From the NCBI GenBank assembly GCA_019057635.1, contig DXJL01000181.1:1-35637 (forward strand): a stretch of DNA of 35,637 bases. The letters run 5' to 3'. Position numbers and translations under genes: made by a program. The notes under the pieces were generated by a model. The model was not told where the DNA came from, did not search any database, and was given only the letters and a program-made list of their open reading frames with translations. This document shows, in pieces, positions 1 to 8,171 of this stretch. Every line of letters begins with the position of its first letter. Within the stretch, counting starts at the first letter, position 1. This DNA is from Candidatus Heimdallarchaeota archaeon (GTDB lineage Archaea > Asgardarchaeota > Heimdallarchaeia > Hodarchaeales > Hodarchaeaceae).

Positions 1-1296
1 ACACACAGTTCTCAAGAAGTAAATAGCCAAAATGATGGAATAGAAGTATTAATTGGCGGTTGGATACAACAAATACGTGATAAAGGGCGTTTAATGTTTC
101 TAACATTGCGTGATCCTTCAGGTATTTGTCAGGTTACACTTCATCAGAAGAGCGTAAGCGAAGAAGTGTGGGAAACGTGTAAAACATTGACTCTTGAATC
201 TGTAGTATCAATTCAGGGGAAAGTTAAATCGGATTCCCGATCCAAGTTAGGAGCGGAATTGACTCCTATTGCAGTAATCATACATGCAATAGCTGAGCCA
301 AAAGTTCCAATAGATTTAACTAAAAAGAAAACTAAGATGGATATTGATACTGTTTTTTCATATAGAGAAATATCCATACGAGATCCAGATGTTGTAGCCG
401 TATTAAAATTGAAAAGCCTTATTGCTCAAGCAACACGAACATTCTTTCAGCAAAAAGGATTTACAGAAATTTTCACACCTTTTATCTTAACAGCATCCAC
501 CGAAGGGGGAGCAGAACAATTTAAATTGGATTACTTTGATCAACCTGCAGTATTAGCACAATCATGTCAATTTTATAAGCAAGCTGCTCTTTCTAGCCAT
601 GATAAGGTGTTTGGGATCCTTCCCTCATGGCGAGCTGAAAAATCTCATACACCCAAGCATATGACTGAATTTTGGCAGGTTGAGAATGAGATCGCATTTG
701 CAACAGAAAAAGAAATCATGCAAGTCCAAGAAGACCTAATAGCCTTTGTTTTCTCTGAAATTGTACGTAAAGGAGAAGATCAGCTCACTCAATTGAATCG
801 AGAGATTTCTGTTCCAAAAACTCCTTTTAAAAAGATCACTTTCAAAGAAGCAAAACAGATGATCTTGGATATGGACATTGAAGAAGAAACTGACGAGGAT
901 TTTGGAGCAACAGGAGAAACTGCACTATCCAAATCGGTTAATGAACCATTTTTCATAACAGAATTTCCCGTGCATTTACGGGGAATGTATTATGCGGTAA
1001 ATCCAACGAACTCAGAACTGACACGTTCATTGGATTTAATGGCTCCAGAGGGATTTGGTGAACTTTCCAGTGGAGGTCAGAGAGTAGCACAATACAAGGT
1101 TTTAGAAGAACGAATAACAAGTCAGGGTTTTGAAGTTTCTAAATTTGAATGGTACCTTCGGATGTTTAGATTTGGTATGCCTCCACACGCAGGTTTTGGA
1201 TTAGGTTTTGAGCGATTAGTAAGATGGATAGCGAACTTATCACATGTTAGAGAAGCTAGCATGTTTCCACGCACCCCAGACATATACAGACCCTAA
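1..1296 (+). CDS. aspS: Class IIb Asx-tRNA ligase (aspartate--tRNA ligase-like, with AsnRS-like motifs); 5' end lies outside the window
   Basis: Frame is open from base 1 (THSSQEV...GGWIQQIRDKGRLMFLTLRD, OB-fold anticodon domain). Catalytic motifs: EGGAEQF, LAQSCQFYKQ, motif 2 WRAEKSHTPKHMTEF, ELSSGGQR, motif 3 GMPPHAGFGLGFERL. Asp versus Asn specificity is not fully certain. Confidence 0.8.
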   Translation, partial: THSSQEVNSQNDGIEVLIGGWIQQIRDKGRLMFLTLRDPSGICQVTLHQKSVSEEVWETCKTLTLESVVSIQGKVKSDSRSKLGAELTPIAVIIHAIAEPKVPIDLTKKKTKMDIDTVFSYREISIRDPDVVAVLKLKSLIAQATRTFFQQKGFTEIFTPFILTASTEGGAEQFKLDYFDQPAVLAQSCQFYKQAALSSHDKVFGILPSWRAEKSHTPKHMTEFWQVENEIAFATEKEIMQVQEDLIAFVFSEIVRKGEDQLTQLNREISVPKTPFKKITFKEAKQMILDMDIEEETDEDFGATGETALSKSVNEPFFITEFPVHLRGMYYAVNPTNSELTRSLDLMAPEGFGELSSGGQRVAQYKVLEERITSQGFEVSKFEWYLRMFRFGMPPHAGFGLGFERLVRWIANLSHVREASMFPRTPDIYRP

Positions 1297-1298
1297 AA

Positions 1299-2129
1299 TC
1301 ATGATTTTACTTTCAGTAGTTGCATTATTTTATGATGTAGACTGAAAATAAAGAGGGGGGCCAATAATAATAAGAAATTGTCTGGTTTTTGTGTCTGACG
1401 GAAATTTAGAAAAGCAGAAAGGAGTCGCTTTTCAGAAGTAGAAGCATTTCGAGCATATTCACTACAGATCATGGGGAGAGAAGTATTGGGAAGATTCGAG
1501 TAGTTCTTCCAGGTAAAAAGACTCCATTTAACCGCTTCCATTGCAAATTGTGTCATTGAACTCATTATAAAACTCAAGCTAATAGCACCTAGGCTTAAGA
1601 GAAGATTCATAGAAAAGGACCTAAGGACATCAGAAAATTGCATAGAGGCATCTTCTTTACTCCCTGCAAATATTTCCTCTCCCCAGATGATTTTGTGTCT
1701 TTGTTGCAAGGATATCCAAACAGATGTCTTGGGGGCAAATAAAAACGCCATTAAAGGATTGACTCCAAAAACACCTGTGAAATTTCTAGTTGTAAAATCA
1801 GAATGACGACAAATAAATAAATTTATGAACATTCCTGTCGCATTTTGTAGTCCTTTCCTAAAAAGATCATAAAAAGAATTCTTAGTAGGTTTAAATTGGG
1901 CTTCAATCCCCAATAATTCACGATTAATTTTGTTGAAAATTGGAATTGGACAAGTATCCTTGATGATGATCAATAAGTCTACATCTGTTGAATGAGTTTG
2001 ATCTCCTTGGTTATCCGCTAATGATCCAAATAGAATTATTGAAACTAGCTCAGAACTATAATATCGTGTCAAATAAGTCTTAACAGCCAGCAGATATTCT
2101 TTATCTTTCATGTGTTTACCCAAAATCAC
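1299..2129 (-). CDS. Pol-beta-superfamily nucleotidyltransferase domain protein with a helical/hydrophobic C-terminal region
   Basis: SIILFGSLA...STDVDLLII matches the hG[GS]...DxD signature. Start may be the second Met (MKDKE). Confidence 0.75.
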   Translation of the reverse strand: MILGKHMKDKEYLLAVKTYLTRYYSSELVSIILFGSLADNQGDQTHSTDVDLLIIIKDTCPIPIFNKINRELLGIEAQFKPTKNSFYDLFRKGLQNATGMFINLFICRHSDFTTRNFTGVFGVNPLMAFLFAPKTSVWISLQQRHKIIWGEEIFAGSKEDASMQFSDVLRSFSMNLLLSLGAISLSFIMSSMTQFAMEAVKWSLFTWKNYSNLPNTSLPMICSEYARNASTSEKRLLSAFLNFRQTQKPDNFLLLLAPLFIFSLHHKIMQLLKVKS

Positions 2130-2215
2130 TCAGAATAGTGAAAAACATCAAGTCTGTTAAATCCTCCTCAAAAGATTCTTAAATAGTCTAGCGAACTCAG
2201 TGATGGTGGTCGATC

Positions 2216-2878
2216 TTGATTAATTTTGAGAGTGTAAGCATTCAATGGTTAGGACATGCTGGATTTCTCCTGACAGATTCAGCTAATCAAAAAGTTTGTA
2301 TTGATCCTTTTCAAGTTGAAGGATCATCTTATGATTCTGTTGATATTATCATCAGCACACATGAACATGGAGATCATTGTAGTATAGAAGACATAAAGAA
2401 ATTTATATCTCCTGAAACGGAAGTAATTGGTATTGCGATGGCGAAGGAACAATTAACTACACTTAATTGCAAAAAAGCTCATTTTGTCAAACCGGGAGAT
2501 AATATTACTGTTAAAGGAATAGAGTTTAATATAGTTCCAGCATACAACATTAACAAATTTCGATCCGAAGGAGTTCCTTTTCATCCGAAAGAAGACAAAA
2601 AAATTGGTGTAGTTGTTCATATGGATGGACACAAAATTTACCATGCAGGTGATACAGATAATATTCCTGAAATGAATAATATCAAACCAGATGTAGCGCT
2701 TCTTCCAGTGAGTGGTACATATGTAATGACCGTTTCAGAAGCGCTAGAAGCAACAAAAATTTTACAGCCTAAATTAGTAGTTCCAATGCATTATGGAGCA
2801 ATTGTTGGAGATCAATCCATGGCTGAAAAATTTAAAGAGATGGCCAATACATCGGTAGAAATTCCAACAATAGGTTGA
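2216..2878 (+). CDS. Metallo-beta-lactamase-fold hydrolase (UPF0173/UlaG-like)
   Basis: WLGHAGF, IDPF, THEHGDH (HxHxDH), YHAGDT and PMHYG motifs; TTG start after a GGTGGT SD-like motif. Confidence 0.9.
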   Translation: MINFESVSIQWLGHAGFLLTDSANQKVCIDPFQVEGSSYDSVDIIISTHEHGDHCSIEDIKKFISPETEVIGIAMAKEQLTTLNCKKAHFVKPGDNITVKGIEFNIVPAYNINKFRSEGVPFHPKEDKKIGVVVHMDGHKIYHAGDTDNIPEMNNIKPDVALLPVSGTYVMTVSEALEATKILQPKLVVPMHYGAIVGDQSMAEKFKEMANTSVEIPTIG

Positions 2879-2926
2879 AAATACTATTCATTAAATCCTA
2901 GGTATCGCGTTGTTGTTTTCAATTAG

Positions 2927-3064
2927 ATGGATATTCTTTCTGTCAGCACTTGCCATCTAAATACAAGTTATCCTCGTTTTTCCAGCTCTGATTTTTCAGA
3001 AATGGAGAGATTGGTAAAATCAATCCAAAAAGCTAGAAAATTGGGGGTGACAGTTAGGATATAA
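2927..3064 (+). CDS. Possible 45-aa small ORF (not in the ORF track)
   Basis: ATG at 2927 to TAA at 3062-3064 gives MDILSVSTCHLNTSYPRFSSSDFSEMERLVKSIQKARKLGVTVRI. It fills an otherwise empty 260-bp gap and is co-directional with its neighbours. No homology recognised. Confidence 0.25.
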   Translation: MDILSVSTCHLNTSYPRFSSSDFSEMERLVKSIQKARKLGVTVRI

Positions 3065-3138
3065 TTTAAGGATAGAACGTTCTAGTCTTAGTAAATAAAT
3101 CCTTTTCAAGAATTGGAAAAACAGGGATTCCTACCCTA

Positions 3139-3585
3139 ATGGTGGTGGTTATTATCTCATATCGTTTAATAGAAGATATTGCAATTGCTGATGCCTGTTT
3201 TGATCTATTCGGCAATTCTCTAGAGGAATTGTTTCATGCTGGTTTCCTTGCATTAATGGAAACTAGTGTTGAAGTACACACCATTAAGGAAATTATTGAA
3301 AAGAATATCACACTCGAACATCAAAACCTAGAACAATTATTATTTGGATTCCTCGAAGAATTAATATTTCTAAAAGACGCAGAATTTCTCATATTTAAGA
3401 AGTGTGAGCTTTCAATAAATCTAATTCCAGAAACTTCTTTATACACTCTTTCCGCTAATGTAACAGGACAGGAGTTTAATGATGAAGTAAGTACTATTAC
3501 GGATGTGAAAGCAATAACTTTCTACCAACTCTTTGTAAGACAGAATGAGAATGGTTGGGAAGCTCGAGTTACCTTTGATTTATAA
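3139..3585 (+). CDS. Archease (RtcB activating cofactor)
   Basis: N-terminal YRLIEDIAIAD, G.SLEELF, LL..FLEELIFL.D, DVKAITFY and C-terminal VTFDL; directly upstream of rtcB. Confidence 0.93.
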   Translation: MVVVIISYRLIEDIAIADACFDLFGNSLEELFHAGFLALMETSVEVHTIKEIIEKNITLEHQNLEQLLFGFLEELIFLKDAEFLIFKKCELSINLIPETSLYTLSANVTGQEFNDEVSTITDVKAITFYQLFVRQNENGWEARVTFDL

Positions 3586-3599
3586 CAAAGTCTTAAGAA

Positions 3600-5066
3600 A
3601 TGGGTGCGAAAATGTCAGTCAAGGATCACGCAGTTAAAATTGATGAATATACTCATGAAATTCCTAAAAAATCAGATTTAGGAATGAATGCTCCAGTTAA
3701 GATATATGGAAACCCCTCTATATATAAAATGCTAGATAGAGGAGTTTTTCAGCAAATAATTAATGTTAGTAAACTTCCTGGGTTGGTTGGTCATGCTATG
3801 ACAATGCCAGATGCCCATTGGGGATATGGATTCCCCATTGGGGGTGTTGCGGCATTTGATGTTAATAAAGGGGTAATTAGTCCTGGGGGAATTGGATTTG
3901 ACATCAATTGTGGAATACGAATGATTACCACAAATCTGACAGTCGCGGAAGTGAAGCCGAAGATTCGTGAACTCATCAATACTCTGTACGATCTAATTCC
4001 TGCTGGGGTTGGAAAAAAGGGATCTGTACCACTTTCTATGCAGCAATTTCGTGATGTCGCAGAAAAAGGGACTGAATGGTGTATTGAGAATGGATATGGG
4101 TGGGATGAAGATTTAGAAAAACAAGAGAATAATGGTTGTCTTACTGCTGCTGATTTTAGCGTTGTAAGTGATAAAGCTAAATCAAGAGGGATTAAACAAC
4201 TAGGTACTCTTGGTTCAGGTAATCACTACTGCGAAGTTCAAACGGTTAACCAAATATTTGATCCAGATACTGCTAAGATAATGGGTGTAAGAGATAAAGA
4301 TCAAGTGGTCGTTATGGTCCACTGTGGATCAAGAGGCTTTGGCCACCAAATTGCCTCGGACTACTTACGTGAGTTTCTGAACAAAATGGAGACTAAATGG
4401 AATATTCCAATTTATGAAAAGGAGTTGTCTGCAGCCCCAATTAATAGCAAAGAGGGACAGAATTATCTGAAAGCAATGTCTGCAGCTGCAAACTTTGGAT
4501 TTGCTAATCGTCAGGTTATCATGTCCCATGTAAGAAAGGGATTTGAACAAATCTTCGGTAGAACTGCTGAAGATATGGAAATGAATTTAGTTTATGATGT
4601 TGCTCACAATATTGCAAAACAGGAAGAATATTTAATTGATGGAAAGTCTCGTCAAGTCATCGTTCACCGAAAAGGAGCAACAAGATCTTTTGGGCCAAAT
4701 TCAAAAGATATTCCAAGTATATATAAATCTGTAGGTCAACCAGTCATTTTGGGAGGTAGTATGGAAACGGGTTCGTATCTTCTTGCTGGAACTGAAGCTG
4801 CAATGAGAAATTCATTCGGATCTACTGCTCATGGATCAGGAAGAACAATGTCTCGATCTAAAGCCAAGAAAAAGATCAAGGGACACGTATTACGTAGTCA
4901 GATGGAAGCAAAAGGTATCTATGTACGTGCTGCATCGATGGCTGGACTAGCGGAAGAAGCTGGCTTTGCTTATAAGAATATCAACGATGTTATCGACTCT
5001 ATTCATGGCGCTGATTTATCTAGGAAAATCGCACAACTAGTTCCCATCGGAAATATTAAGGGGTAA
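3600..5066 (+). CDS. rtcB: tRNA-splicing/RNA repair ligase RtcB
   Basis: MPDAHWGYGFPIGGV, GFDINCG, LGTLGSGNHY, HCGSRG, DVAHN, HRKGAT, STAHGSGR and terminal IGNIKG; no intein. Confidence 0.98.
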   Translation: MGAKMSVKDHAVKIDEYTHEIPKKSDLGMNAPVKIYGNPSIYKMLDRGVFQQIINVSKLPGLVGHAMTMPDAHWGYGFPIGGVAAFDVNKGVISPGGIGFDINCGIRMITTNLTVAEVKPKIRELINTLYDLIPAGVGKKGSVPLSMQQFRDVAEKGTEWCIENGYGWDEDLEKQENNGCLTAADFSVVSDKAKSRGIKQLGTLGSGNHYCEVQTVNQIFDPDTAKIMGVRDKDQVVVMVHCGSRGFGHQIASDYLREFLNKMETKWNIPIYEKELSAAPINSKEGQNYLKAMSAAANFGFANRQVIMSHVRKGFEQIFGRTAEDMEMNLVYDVAHNIAKQEEYLIDGKSRQVIVHRKGATRSFGPNSKDIPSIYKSVGQPVILGGSMETGSYLLAGTEAAMRNSFGSTAHGSGRTMSRSKAKKKIKGHVLRSQMEAKGIYVRAASMAGLAEEAGFAYKNINDVIDSIHGADLSRKIAQLVPIGNIKG

Positions 5067-5072
5067 ATAATT

Positions 5073-5107
5073 AAAAATAAAAAAAAGAGGGAGACCCAAA
5101 CGGGTCT
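5073..5107 (-). terminator. Hairpin plus T-tract terminator of the 5106-7034 gene
   Basis: AGACCC-aaac-GGGTCT (5092-5107) forms a 6-bp stem. On the minus strand it is followed by a near-continuous T tract (A-run 5073-5086). It lies between convergent genes. Confidence 0.55.
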
Positions 5108-7034
5108 AAGAACGGCGACGACGCGTAGCAACAGATAAAACAGGAATAGCAACGAATAACGCTAAGAATTCAAACCCTGGAATGGAACCTGTGGGTTCAT
5201 CGGTAGCTTCACTTCCACTGCCTGCAAGTACTGCATATGCGGGGTCGTGTAGAATTTCTTTACCTTCCCATTTGGGGTAGGAGATAGAATAGAGATACGT
5301 TTTTCGTGAGGTACCTGCTCGCATAATACGAATCATGTCAGCTTCAGATGATATAGAACCGTAAGCAACATCGATTAAATTCATTGGTATTAGTTGTCCG
5401 ACCGCGGTTTCCCAGGATTGTTGATTCCATAAATATGGTATATCATCTAATCGAATTTCCGCAAATTCGGCAGTTGAATCTGAAAATCTAAAGCGAGAAA
5501 TCCTTGTAGAATTCTCATTGTCAGGAGCTACATCTATGTTATTTTCATCTCTCCACTGGATAGTTCTCTTCATTTGAGCATCAAACACAGTTGTTCCCAT
5601 TAGTTGATTGAGACTTAACCCGACTAAATCAGCGGAATTACTCCATTCACCAATAATATAATCGAATTTGAGATCAACACGTCCTAGATCATTGTCAACT
5701 TCAAAATGAAATAGTGTTGAGACTTCATCGATTGTATGTAGGTCATTAGTGGAAACATTGAACAAGGAAATATCTTGATTTCTTTCCAACGGTTGAAGGT
5801 ATCCTGAAACATCAGTAAAGTTTGATCCAAACTCTAATACATTTTCAGTAGTTGTGGGTCGACTGTATGAACGGTCGGTAATATCTTTCATATCAAATCT
5901 ATAGAGGGCTTCATCTCCGATCGTAGGATAGGCAATACTATTGTCTGCTAGACCGACCTTGTTTACTCCGAGATCCATGTAACCATTTTCATTTGTATCA
6001 TTGTACACCAATGTACCCAGCAAATGATGCTCTAAGTAGGTATAATCATACTCCGTAACAATGAGATTATTTTCGATTCGTGTAAGGTCAAGTTTATCGA
6101 TTCTTAGCTGAGAAATCTCAAACGTACCTCTTTCAAGAATTTTGGGTTCAGCTAGTGTCGCTGATAGATTTTGTGATGGAGCTGAAAGAGCACTCATTAT
6201 GTTAATATTGGGTACTCTGAATAGATATTGAAGCTCCCTTCGGTAAGATAATTGTTCAATGAATTTTCTGAGAAGTTCCCCAGAAGACTCATCTTCATAT
6301 TGCCATCGGTTCATAATTTGGTACGAGCCAGTGACCTTATCCTGGACAAGTGACATAAAGACATTTGTTAGAATCTCATCTCCAGTGAAAGGCTGAGAGG
6401 ACACAGTACCATTATCCCTGATGGTCTCAAAAGTATCTAAAACACTTCGATCTTTATCGTAAAGGATTGTAACGGCTTTTCGATTGTGATAACTGTTAAT
6501 CACTGCATCTGAAGTAATTTTATTATAAATGCTAATCTCTGTATGGTTACCGAGCTGATTCAGAAGCATTTGCATGAATGTTAAAGTTCCTTGTTCAATA
6601 GAACCATCAGTTTTCATTCGTTCGACAGATTTATTAACCAGAAATTTAATTGCACTAAGATTTAGTGCAATATTTCTTTCTACAGAATCTTTCTTAGCAT
6701 AAGTATAACCACCTTCACTATTATACACCCCATAATATACATTGTCGGGTGTAAAGTTAGCACTTTCCATACCCCGCATTAATCCAAGGATATTTCTATG
6801 CAATAAACCTTGCAAGGTTCCATCTGGACGAGACACAGGAATTGGAGTATTGGTTAACTGGCTTGACACTGCAGTACTTGGAATGAGTACGATTCCAAGC
6901 ATTAGTATAGCAGAAGTAATTGCTATCATACTTTTCTTTGAGTTGAGTTTTTTCAAGTGAATAATCACCATAATTATTTTGATTGATCTACTTGTATCAT
7001 ACCGAAGGGGCCTTATAGAATTCTCGTTATACAT
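5106..7034 (-). CDS. Secreted cell-surface glycoprotein with a PGF-CTERM-like sorting signal
   Basis: Signal peptide KKLNSKKSMIAITSAILMLGIVLIP (true start probably 20-30 codons downstream of 7034). Ten N-x-S/T sequons and a Ca-loop-like DTNENGYMD. C-terminus IPGF + hydrophobic helix + RRRRS. Confidence 0.8.
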   Translation of the reverse strand: MYNENSIRPLRYDTSRSIKIIMVIIHLKKLNSKKSMIAITSAILMLGIVLIPSTAVSSQLTNTPIPVSRPDGTLQGLLHRNILGLMRGMESANFTPDNVYYGVYNSEGGYTYAKKDSVERNIALNLSAIKFLVNKSVERMKTDGSIEQGTLTFMQMLLNQLGNHTEISIYNKITSDAVINSYHNRKAVTILYDKDRSVLDTFETIRDNGTVSSQPFTGDEILTNVFMSLVQDKVTGSYQIMNRWQYEDESSGELLRKFIEQLSYRRELQYLFRVPNINIMSALSAPSQNLSATLAEPKILERGTFEISQLRIDKLDLTRIENNLIVTEYDYTYLEHHLLGTLVYNDTNENGYMDLGVNKVGLADNSIAYPTIGDEALYRFDMKDITDRSYSRPTTTENVLEFGSNFTDVSGYLQPLERNQDISLFNVSTNDLHTIDEVSTLFHFEVDNDLGRVDLKFDYIIGEWSNSADLVGLSLNQLMGTTVFDAQMKRTIQWRDENNIDVAPDNENSTRISRFRFSDSTAEFAEIRLDDIPYLWNQQSWETAVGQLIPMNLIDVAYGSISSEADMIRIMRAGTSRKTYLYSISYPKWEGKEILHDPAYAVLAGSGSEATDEPTGSIPGFEFLALFVAIPVLSVATRRRRS

Positions 7035-7240
7035 TTGTTGAAAAGTAACTAAAACAGTTAGTTAGTCAAATAACAGACAAAATAGCTAAGTATTTTTGTT
7101 TATTGGCCTAAAATCTTCTATAAATTCAACTTAATACAGCTCTTATACTTAATTCGAAATCAGACTTGATCTTAGTGATAATTTATATTTCAAAGGAAAT
7201 TTTCGAAATTTCAATAGATGTTGAATCCAGATCTATTAAT

Positions 7241-8155
7241 CTAGAAGAGACTGGAAACAAAGAAACTGAGGATACTAAAGCCATAGAGAACAATAAAAAC
7301 TGGAATCAGAGCGCGTTCAAAGCTAACTGATTTAATCACTTGAAGAAGTTGTACAAGGAATATCGCAGAAATTATCTGAAAGAAAAATAAAAGGATGATC
7401 GATATTTGAGCATTTGCTATAATGTCTGGTAGAAATGCAAAAATAAAAATGTGTTCTGACAAAAATACCAGGATCGGATACACGAATAGAGGACTGAGAG
7501 CAATTGGAATTCCAGTTAATAGCTCATATGAAAATCCTTTGATTGGACTATAATACCTCATCACAAGTTCTAATAAAATCCAAATAACAATTAATGAACT
7601 TATAGCTTCAAGAATACACCCGATTAGCCCAAAATAGAGCCCTCCATCAAAAAAAAACGGAATCATCCCTAATCTCGCAATATCAAGTATCAAAATTTGA
7701 CCTAGAACCATCAGACCAATAAAAAGTTGGAAATTCCTATTAAAGGTTTTTTTTCTCACAAATTCTCCAAATAGTTTGATTGAGAATCTTTCGGGTAAAA
7801 CTTCGTCTGTTTCATCAATTACATCTTCAGATTGATATTTTAAGTGTACAATCTCCCCAGATTTCATTATATCTATAGGTATTTTACCTAAAGGTGTCAG
7901 CAAAAATCGTTTTTCCGAATCTTGTTTAACAAGGTCTTTTAATTTCTTCACATGAAAATAAAAGGATCCTGGTTTTATTTGTAACCATTCAACTAATTCC
8001 GTATACTGAACTGGTCGATGGAAAGTTCCTAAATATTGTACGATGTCAAATCGTATTGCGTGGCCGATAGCTGCATAAATATCCTGAAGAACTTTCGTAT
8101 TCTCAAGAGTTGGAGAGCTTCTCTCAGTCACATGTATACCTCTATCTTCCTGCAA
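7241..8155 (-). CDS. Membrane-anchored winged-HTH (ArsR-like) regulator with about 5 TM helices (Yip1-like)
   Basis: IYAAIGHAIRFDIVQYL...YTELVEWLQIKPGSFYFHVKKL..LV......F.LTPLG is an ArsR-type wHTH. The C-terminal half is polytopic. Likely start is GTG at 8131, after GAGGT. Confidence 0.8.
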   Translation of the reverse strand: MQEDRGIHVTERSSPTLENTKVLQDIYAAIGHAIRFDIVQYLGTFHRPVQYTELVEWLQIKPGSFYFHVKKLKDLVKQDSEKRFLLTPLGKIPIDIMKSGEIVHLKYQSEDVIDETDEVLPERFSIKLFGEFVRKKTFNRNFQLFIGLMVLGQILILDIARLGMIPFFFDGGLYFGLIGCILEAISSLIVIWILLELVMRYYSPIKGFSYELLTGIPIALSPLFVYPILVFLSEHIFIFAFLPDIIANAQISIILLFFFQIISAIFLVQLLQVIKSVSFERALIPVFIVLYGFSILSFFVSSLF

Positions 8156-8171
8156 TTATACTAATCTATAG

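Noticed and set aside
7196-7237. Two adjacent AT-rich dyads after the wHTH-membrane gene
   Set aside because: They are low complexity and cannot be distinguished from chance.
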